NCBI GenBank assembly: GCA_007376395.1 | Contig: VMGE01000006.1 | Coordinates: 2,812-66,811, forward strand | Reading direction: 5' to 3' | Origin: Microgenomates group bacterium Gr01-1014_5 | Lineage (GTDB): Bacteria > Patescibacteriota > Microgenomatia > UBA8517 > UBA10165 | DNA: 64,000 nucleotides | Part shown: positions 57,895 through 64,000 of the stretch, piece after piece | Numbering within the stretch: the stretch's first letter is position 1 | How the letters are laid out: each line of letters starts with the position of its first letter | Program-made: the position numbers and the translations under genes | The notes under the pieces: model-generated | Told to the model about the DNA's origin: nothing | The model's input: only the letters and a program-made list of their open reading frames with translations | The model's database searches: none

Positions 57895-59484
57895 TTACTT
57901 AACTTCTTCAACCTGATAAATTGGCTTATTTACGGTGATGGGAATAGCTGTTGGGGTGGGTATGGGTGTTTGCATCTCTTGTTCTTTACGTTGGCGCAGT
58001 AAGACTTCTTCCGGCTTGGTAGAGATCAGGGTGTGTTCTTCTTCTGAGGCAACAATACGTAGGGCAACGTGGTTTGGGCCGGCAAAAAAGATACCTTCGC
58101 CAACGTCTGCCGCGAGCAGGAGCTGTTTTTCTCCCTCCGAGAGTTTAAAGACTTCAGCAACGCGCTCAATGGCGGCAGGGGACTGTTTCATTAATAGTTT
58201 GAGAGCAGAATTAGTTACAATTGCCTTGCCTATATCCTGAGACAGGAAATCTTCTACGTCTTGGGTGATAGTTATCAAGCCCAGGTAGTATTTACGGGAA
58301 CGTTTGGCAACAGAATAAAGGAATTGGGCTGTATCCGGGTAGCGCATCATGTGCCAGGCCTCGTCAACAATCAGGAGGCGTTTTTTGAGATCGCGCTTAA
58401 TACGGTTCCAAATAAAATCTAAGATAACAAACATGGCGATTGGACGGAGAGTCTCTTCTAAATCGCGCACGGAAAAAGTAGTAAACGGATTTTTTAAATC
58501 AATATTAGTGTGCTGGTCAAAAATTCCGGCAAAAGAGCCTTTAATAAATTTTTCAATGCGGTCGGCGAGCGAACGGGCAATGGGATCCTCCATTCCTAAA
58601 AGAGTTTTATACAAATCTTCCATTAAAGGCGGAGTCTTGGTTTGAGTCTGGGGGTCTGGAGTAATCCCTTTTGCTTTGTAGGTTGCGATAAACGCCCGGT
58701 CTAAAAGCGCCTCTTCTGTCGGGTTGAGTTTGCCCATAATAACCGAGAACAAAGAGTGTAAAGAAAGTATTTTTAAACCCAGAGTGCTTTCTTCGGGATC
58801 TGCAACAGGGGTTAGTTCAAAAGGGTTAATTTTAGCCGGCGAGTTAAAAGAAAAAGAAATAAATTCTCCGCCAACCGCTTCTGTTAAAGGTTTGTATTCC
58901 GCCTCAGGGTCGATAATAAAAACTTCTGTTCCGAGCATTAAGGAACGTACAGCTTCCAGTTTAACAGCGTACGACTTTCCCGCGCCTGAAGTAGCGAAGA
59001 TTAAAGAATTATAGTTTTCCAGCCGAAAACGGTCAAAAATAACCAACGAATCGTTGTCTTCGTTAATTCCGTACAATACTCCCCGGTCTGAGCTCAACTC
59101 GGCAGAAACAAAAGGAAAAGTAGTAGCAAGGCTGGTAGTGTCCATATTGCGGGTTATGGATAATTTATCTATTCCCAAAGGGGTTGTTGAGAGTAAACCG
59201 TCTTCCATTTGCAGGGCGGTAAATTTTGCCACTATTAATAAAGAACCGAGCGTAGATTGTACTTGGTGAGTGATTTGGTTTAAGTCTTCCAGTGAATCAG
59301 CAGGAATTGTAATATAAAAAGAAAACTGAAAAAAGCGCTCTGCGCCTTTAACTAATTGTTCCTGCAGATCTCTGGCGTCTTCGAGTTTTGCCTGTGTTCC
59401 CGGATTAACTACTCTTCCGCGTTGTAAATCTGTGGCAATTTCTGCTTCCATCTCGGCAATTTTGCGCCGTAAATCGTCCAACAC
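57895..59484 (-). CDS. virB4: VirB4/TrbE/CagE-family conjugative-transfer ATPase, C-terminal portion
   Basis: Walker A ATSGAGKSY and Walker B LLIVDEAWHMM. The frame stays open upstream to a stop at 59674-59676 (...IFVGGYPRFVSPGWLDPI..). Confidence 0.8.
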   Translation of the reverse strand: MLDDLRRKIAEMEAEIATDLQRGRVVNPGTQAKLEDARDLQEQLVKGAERFFQFSFYITIPADSLEDLNQITHQVQSTLGSLLIVAKFTALQMEDGLLSTTPLGIDKLSITRNMDTTSLATTFPFVSAELSSDRGVLYGINEDNDSLVIFDRFRLENYNSLIFATSGAGKSYAVKLEAVRSLMLGTEVFIIDPEAEYKPLTEAVGGEFISFSFNSPAKINPFELTPVADPEESTLGLKILSLHSLFSVIMGKLNPTEEALLDRAFIATYKAKGITPDPQTQTKTPPLMEDLYKTLLGMEDPIARSLADRIEKFIKGSFAGIFDQHTNIDLKNPFTTFSVRDLEETLRPIAMFVILDFIWNRIKRDLKKRLLIVDEAWHMMRYPDTAQFLYSVAKRSRKYYLGLITITQDVEDFLSQDIGKAIVTNSALKLLMKQSPAAIERVAEVFKLSEGEKQLLLAADVGEGIFFAGPNHVALRIVASEEEHTLISTKPEEVLLRQRKEQEMQTPIPTPTAIPITVNKPIYQVEEVK

Positions 59485-59693
59485 TGTTTTTCCTTCAACG
59501 GGGTAGATAAAAAAAGAAAGGTCAAGGGAATGGTCAAAATTAATAATCGGATCAAGCCAGCCGGGAGAAACAAAGCGCGGGTAGCCGCCGACAAAGATAG
59601 TGCGCAGATATTTATCGTTTATTTTAATAGGGAGTTCCCGCGGCAGGAACCGCCTCGCTAAGGCTTTTGGCTTTCACGAATGGTACGCTAAGA

Positions 59694-60389
59694 TTAAACA
59701 TTGACCGGAACCTCCTTGCCGTTTTCTAACTTACCCTGAGCTTGTCGAATGGGTCGTCCGTCAGTCCGGTAGATATTATGGAAAAGCCGTGCTACCTCCT
59801 CGGTGGTGAGCTGTTGGACTTTAATTCCTAGACGCCCGGACTGGCGGATAACGTGGTCGCGTCTTGGAAAAAGCACGGTTTTGGCCTTTTTTAAGACATA
59901 GTCTTTGGGGTAAGGAACAGATCGTTGGCGGCGGGTTAGCGTATTAACCATTCCTGTTGTGGAAATTCCAAGTTCAAAAGGGGAGAAGGGAATAATAATA
60001 AAAAAATCTTTTTCTAAAACATTTCTCTTTTTGACAATTTGCGCAACAAAGGTTTGGTATGAGCCAATCAAAACTTTAAGTTTAGCGTTTGTCTGCTTGT
60101 CTGCCTCTTCTTTTAAGTAGTTAAGGTAGTTGGTGACATCTTTTTTTTGCGAACGCACTAAAATTTGGATTGCAAAGGAAAGCGAGTTTAAAAAAGCCGA
60201 ATACGCGTAAGTAATTGCTTCTTGTTCTTTTTCGGATAATAAAGAAAAGTTTAAGGCCGAAGCGCGCATAATGATTGCCGCTCCGCCTTCTTTTGTCAGC
60301 AAGATGTCGTCTGTAATGTCAGCAATTAAAATATGCTGTTGGGTGGTAGAGCTGATAGGCACAACCTTTGCTGGTTTAAGATTTAGCAT
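59694..60389 (-). CDS. virB4: VirB4-family N-terminal domain fragment (separated from the ATPase portion by a frame change)
   Basis: 231 aa resembling the VirB4 N-terminal region; its stop at 59694-59696 is in a different frame from the downstream ATPase ORF. Confidence 0.6.
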   Translation of the reverse strand: MLNLKPAKVVPISSTTQQHILIADITDDILLTKEGGAAIIMRASALNFSLLSEKEQEAITYAYSAFLNSLSFAIQILVRSQKKDVTNYLNYLKEEADKQTNAKLKVLIGSYQTFVAQIVKKRNVLEKDFFIIIPFSPFELGISTTGMVNTLTRRQRSVPYPKDYVLKKAKTVLFPRRDHVIRQSGRLGIKVQQLTTEEVARLFHNIYRTDGRPIRQAQGKLENGKEVPVNV

Positions 60390-60391
60390 TT

Positions 60392-60489
60392 TTCAAATTT
60401 CTAATTATTCTAATTGCTCTAATTTCTAAATAAATCCCAATTGTCCAATTTTTGGGTCAATTAGAAATTAGGTTAATTAGGTCAATTTT
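60392..60489 (-). repeat. ~95-nt dyad-symmetric intergenic repeat element, copy B (immediately upstream of the virB4 N-terminal fragment)
   Basis: Relative to the downstream gene it has the same orientation as copy A: aaaattgacctaattaacctaa...attagagcaattagaataattagaaat. Confidence 0.7.
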
Positions 60490-61589
60490 CATAGTTGTCT
60501 GGCTTTTATCTGTATTGGCGGAATCAGCCTTCCTTCGGCTTGAAATTGTATGGGGTCAAAAGTCAAACCGTCTTTTTCGGTCATGAGTTCGTAGCCGCCG
60601 TTTTTCAAGGGAGTTACGGTCATAAAGTGGCCAACTCTGTTGCTTCTAATTGCGCGGACAGGAGTTTTTGAAACAGAATCAATAATTTCCAAGATTGCGC
60701 CTTCGACGATTTTACCTTCGGCGGTTAAAACTTGTCCGACAATTGTGTTGGGAATTTCAGGAGGAGAAGGAGGCGCGGCCTCTGGACTAAAGACTGCCTG
60801 GGCGACAACCTGTCCGCTGCCTGATTGGTTTGCAAAAACAGGCGAAAGAGGTTGGATTGTTTCCTGTTGGGGCGCTTGCTGATTTTGGACTAGTGCAGAG
60901 TGTCCTACTTTTACAACTTGTTGAACCGGCACGGGCATGGCAGTATCTTCCGGCCGCACTGACCGCATATTTGGCGCGACTTGCTGTGCTATTTTTTGTC
61001 CCTGTACTTCTTGAGTAAGCACCATTCCTTGGGTAAAAGGTTCTGCTTGGCTTTTTACTCCCCCTGACATGGTGTTTTGATTAAAGGTTGTATTTGCACC
61101 CGATGTTGCTTGAGGAATTACGGCAAACATGGCGCTAACCTTTGAGAAAAAGTTTTTCTCTCCTTGTTCAAATTTTTTAACTTCTTCCGACTGGCCTGCC
61201 CCGGTCAGATCAGAGTCTGTTGTTGACAAGGTAATTGGTGTTGTGTCGGAAGAGGTAGATTTAGCAAAGACATCTTCGGCGCTATTTGCGTCCCAGGTGT
61301 AAAGGGTTGGTGAATAAATTGCTTTAACAAAAGCAAGAACCCATTGAGAAAGCGGACGTTCTTCTATTGGTAAAAATGCAAGTGCCGCTCCAAGTAGGCC
61401 AAAGAGTAGTACCAGAGGCCACTTGATAACCCCTGGCAAGGGGGTAGCATAAAAGATGAGTGATACTGTAATACCCCCGGCCAACTGGAAGAATTGCTTG
61501 AGGGTCATGTCTCCGACAAGCTTAAATTCATAGCTAGAAATGTGTTGCGGTACAGGATGCTGCTGCATTGCGACGAAGTCGCAAAACAT
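60489..61589 (-). CDS. PrgI/VirB3-like T4SS membrane protein with long Gln/Ser/Thr-rich C-terminal extension
   Basis: N-terminal HISSYEFKLVGDMTLKQFFQLAGGITVSLIFYA matches the PrgI-family signature; it lies directly upstream of virB4. Confidence 0.5.
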   Translation of the reverse strand: MFCDFVAMQQHPVPQHISSYEFKLVGDMTLKQFFQLAGGITVSLIFYATPLPGVIKWPLVLLFGLLGAALAFLPIEERPLSQWVLAFVKAIYSPTLYTWDANSAEDVFAKSTSSDTTPITLSTTDSDLTGAGQSEEVKKFEQGEKNFFSKVSAMFAVIPQATSGANTTFNQNTMSGGVKSQAEPFTQGMVLTQEVQGQKIAQQVAPNMRSVRPEDTAMPVPVQQVVKVGHSALVQNQQAPQQETIQPLSPVFANQSGSGQVVAQAVFSPEAAPPSPPEIPNTIVGQVLTAEGKIVEGAILEIIDSVSKTPVRAIRSNRVGHFMTVTPLKNGGYELMTEKDGLTFDPIQFQAEGRLIPPIQIKARQL

Positions 61590-61651
61590 ATATCGCTACG
61601 CGATAATTCATAAAGCAAAAAACATAAAAGTTATGCTCTTTGCAATATGTT

Positions 61652-62032
61652 TTATGTTTTACTCTTCTTTACCTCCAATCTTTTCATCATGGTTGTTAAC
61701 AGTTTTATAATTTCGAGGTTTTGTTCTGAAAATTCATCCAACCTTTTTCTGGGAAATAAATTAAGTTCAATTATTATTTCTAGCCAATAGTCAACCTCAA
61801 ATGCCGATCCTCTCGAAATCGAAATAAAACGTCTGTAGTCTTGTGAATAGTATCTACCATACCCTTCTGCTAAATTTGCTCCTTCAGAAGATATTGCTCG
61901 CACAAGCTGGTTGACTAAATATTTCAATATTCCGCGAAGCTCTTTTCCTTTGAAAAAACTTACAACATCTAAAGTGAGTTGCTTGCTTTTTTGATAAGCA
62001 GCGGATTTTTTATATGAGTAGGCAGTCTCCAT
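61652..62032 (-). CDS. four-helix-bundle protein (TIGR02436-like)
   Basis: Contains ...SEGANLAEGYGRYY..., the same family as 507..860 and 3224..3598. Confidence 0.6.
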   Translation of the reverse strand: METAYSYKKSAAYQKSKQLTLDVVSFFKGKELRGILKYLVNQLVRAISSEGANLAEGYGRYYSQDYRRFISISRGSAFEVDYWLEIIIELNLFPRKRLDEFSEQNLEIIKLLTTMMKRLEVKKSKT

Positions 62033-62143
62033 ATTTATGCTTTCTGTTTTGTGTTTTTTGTTCTAATCTAGCTACCGCTAGATTAGCATATGAAATCAGG
62101 ATTTCAAGGGAGCCTATTTTCACAAGCGAAGAATTAAAGACTT

Positions 62144-63112
62144 TTACCTTAAACCGAGGTCGTATTCAAGGTTGCACTTCAAGCAAACATTGCACCCGCC
62201 ATCTTCTGCTCCCCAGACATATTTTTCAAAGCCGCAAGAGGCGCATGCCCGCCGCGTTTTAAATTTATCGATGTTCTGCAAAGTGGCAACTCCGGGAAAA
62301 GTGTCTGATGTCATAAGATTAAGCATTTCTGAATTTAATATGCCGGGACAGTCGCGGAGCTGGTTTATCAAATGTCCTCGGGCAATTATTTCCTGCTCGA
62401 TTTTTGCTCCTACAAAAACCTGCTCATACAAGGTCGAAGCTGATATTATAGCAGTGTGATTATTGCCAGCTATTTCTCGGCCGTCTTTGAGTGCGGCCAT
62501 TTTTTCTGCAGTTAATTGAGCGATAGTTTTTTTAGTTAAAGTTAAGACTAAATCGTTAAAAGTTTTGCCCTCCGGAAGATTAAATTCAACCGGTCTGTCG
62601 TTAAACTCTTCGTCGTCTAGTGAGTTGGGAGCATCGGCAAACGCTTCGTAAACTCTTACACATTGTGTCGGAGAAAGAGGCAGGCATACAGCAACACTTT
62701 GAACTCGTACAATGCCATTTTCTTCATACTTTCGGCTTACAACTACCCGCGACCATTTATAGAAGCCATCGACCCTTGAACTTATCCAGGCGAGACACTC
62801 AGCGTCGCTAAACGCCGCCCAGGAGACGGTTTCCGTGGTTGCTGTGTTTTCATTCTGATAAACGGGGTGATTTGTGCGGTTGGTATCAGTGAGCCGAACT
62901 AATTCCTCGAGCGTTGTCCAATAAATATTTGGCTTTCTTTGAAATTCAAGAATTACAGAAGCTAAATCTTGAGCGATTACTTCTTGAGATTTTTTCCAGT
63001 TTGCGACCGGTAGCGCTAGTTCTACATTCATAGTTTCCTGCTCGGGATGGTAACTGAAGGTTATTAGTTTTCCGGCTTCTCGTCGCTTCTCTCCTCGAAG
63101 TAAACTCCTCAA
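62144..63112 (-). CDS. hypothetical protein with C-terminal C4 zinc finger
   Basis: Contains CASCGFEKYVWGAEDGGCNVCLKC. The probable start is MNVELAL at 63031. Confidence 0.4.
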   Translation of the reverse strand: MRSLLRGEKRREAGKLITFSYHPEQETMNVELALPVANWKKSQEVIAQDLASVILEFQRKPNIYWTTLEELVRLTDTNRTNHPVYQNENTATTETVSWAAFSDAECLAWISSRVDGFYKWSRVVVSRKYEENGIVRVQSVAVCLPLSPTQCVRVYEAFADAPNSLDDEEFNDRPVEFNLPEGKTFNDLVLTLTKKTIAQLTAEKMAALKDGREIAGNNHTAIISASTLYEQVFVGAKIEQEIIARGHLINQLRDCPGILNSEMLNLMTSDTFPGVATLQNIDKFKTRRACASCGFEKYVWGAEDGGCNVCLKCNLEYDLGLR

Positions 63113-63247
63113 ATTTTTGAAGAATTTATATCGAGGGCTTTAGCCCGAGATACGGTTGCGGCACAGCTCCTGAATTGCACAGGATTCCTTAATCCTCCTT
63201 CGCTTAAAGCTACGGAAGGACGTTGCATAACCTTATTCAGTCAATTT

Positions 63248-63563
63248 ATGCTAGGTAAAGAAATTTTGCAAGGGGTGTTTTGTAGTAGAATTCTTATGTG
63301 CTTAAAAATCTCAGGTTGCGCAATATGAATTACCTATAAAAGTTGAACGCCAAAAAGATGGTGGTTTCGTAGTAACTTGTCCTTCCTGGTTTGATTGTTT
63401 TGCACAAGGCGACACAGTAGACGAAGCAGTCTTGGAAATGACGGTTGTTGCCCAATCTTTAATCTAGCTTTACAAAGAGGAGGGTATAGCAATTCCACTA
63501 AAAAAGGCAAAAAGTAAAAGCCTTAAGGAATTTTTTACTGTTCCTGTAAGAGTTTCTGTATGA
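63248..63563 (+). pseudogene. decayed hicA-hicB-like toxin-antitoxin remnant
   Basis: A HicB/UPF0150-like segment reads YELPIKVERQKDGGFVVTCPSWFDCFAQGDTVDEAVLEM, with the ATG in the +1 frame and an internal TAG at 63463. A short upstream MLGKEILQ...(frame change)...GCFVVEF is HicA-like. Confidence 0.4.
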
Positions 63564-63593
63564 GACCGCTTTCAGAAATGCTACATTTAATAT

Positions 63594-64000
63594 GTGTCTT
63601 ACGTAATTATTGACGAGAGCGGTCGTTTTGCAGATGCTTCAAGCAAAGTAATCGTTTTTTCTGCTCTTGTTACAGAATCTCTTGTTGGATTAGATAAAAT
63701 AGTCTTTCAAGCTAGAAGAAAGTTGCCGACCAAAAAGAAAGAACACACGCTTCCCGAAATTAAGTTCAGCAAAACTGGCGAGAATACTAAAAGACATCTG
63801 CTGCAGTCTATAACCAAGAGAGATATTGATATTTTCTCTCTTGTTGTTTTTACAGAGGGAAGAAAAATCCTAGATACGCCACAGAACTATGCTTTATTGG
63901 TTTCTGTGCTACTCGGTCTAGTAGTCAAAAGCGGCATAAAAATTAGCCACATTATTATTGACAGGCATTTTACTTGGACACGTCAGAGAGAGCAGTTCGA
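63594..64000 (+). CDS. DUF3800-family protein (5' part; continues beyond window end), GTG start
   Basis: VSYVIIDESGRFADASSKVIVFSALV...KFSKTGENTK... with the DUF3800 N-terminal IDESG motif. Confidence 0.5.
   Translation, partial: MSYVIIDESGRFADASSKVIVFSALVTESLVGLDKIVFQARRKLPTKKKEHTLPEIKFSKTGENTKRHLLQSITKRDIDIFSLVVFTEGRKILDTPQNYALLVSVLLGLVVKSGIKISHIIIDRHFTWTRQREQF

Overview
This 64 kb window looks like a small-genome, reduced bacterium of the Candidate Phyla Radiation (Microgenomates/Parcubacteria-like). It includes the chromosomal replication origin.

Housekeeping content:
- A glycolytic block on the minus strand (gap, pgk, rpiB, archaeal-type tpiA), interrupted by two 'four-helix-bundle' genes.
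- A ZIP transporter next to a cupredoxin.
- A tRNA-Asn interrupted by a 198-nt IC3-type group I intron, and a tRNA-Cys.
- A DEAD-box helicase, groES-groEL, tsaD, valS, rplY, rnhA and a Wzx-like flippase.
- The origin cluster rpmH-rnpA-yidD-yidC-jag, then dnaA and dnaN on the other strand, with DnaA boxes on both sides of dnaA.

Accessory content:
- Two loci encoding giant cysteine- or glycine-rich surface proteins (1754 aa and 1418 aa). The second is flanked by paralogous membrane-anchored FN3-like genes.
- Several toxin-antitoxin modules or remnants: RHH-PIN, a DUF4258/DUF2283-like pair, an orphan ParS-like antitoxin, and a decayed hicAB.
- DUF3800 genes or fragments.
- A type-IV-secretion/conjugation-like cluster directly next to dnaN (PrgI/VirB3-like, a VirB4 split by a frameshift, a large coiled-coil membrane protein).
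- A ~95-nt dyad-symmetric repeat element present upstream of both tsaD and the virB4 N-terminal fragment.
- In-frame tandem heptanucleotide repeats inserted into tsaD and valS.

No rRNA genes, CRISPR arrays or canonical IS elements were seen. All functional calls rest on motif recognition by eye; no database search was possible.
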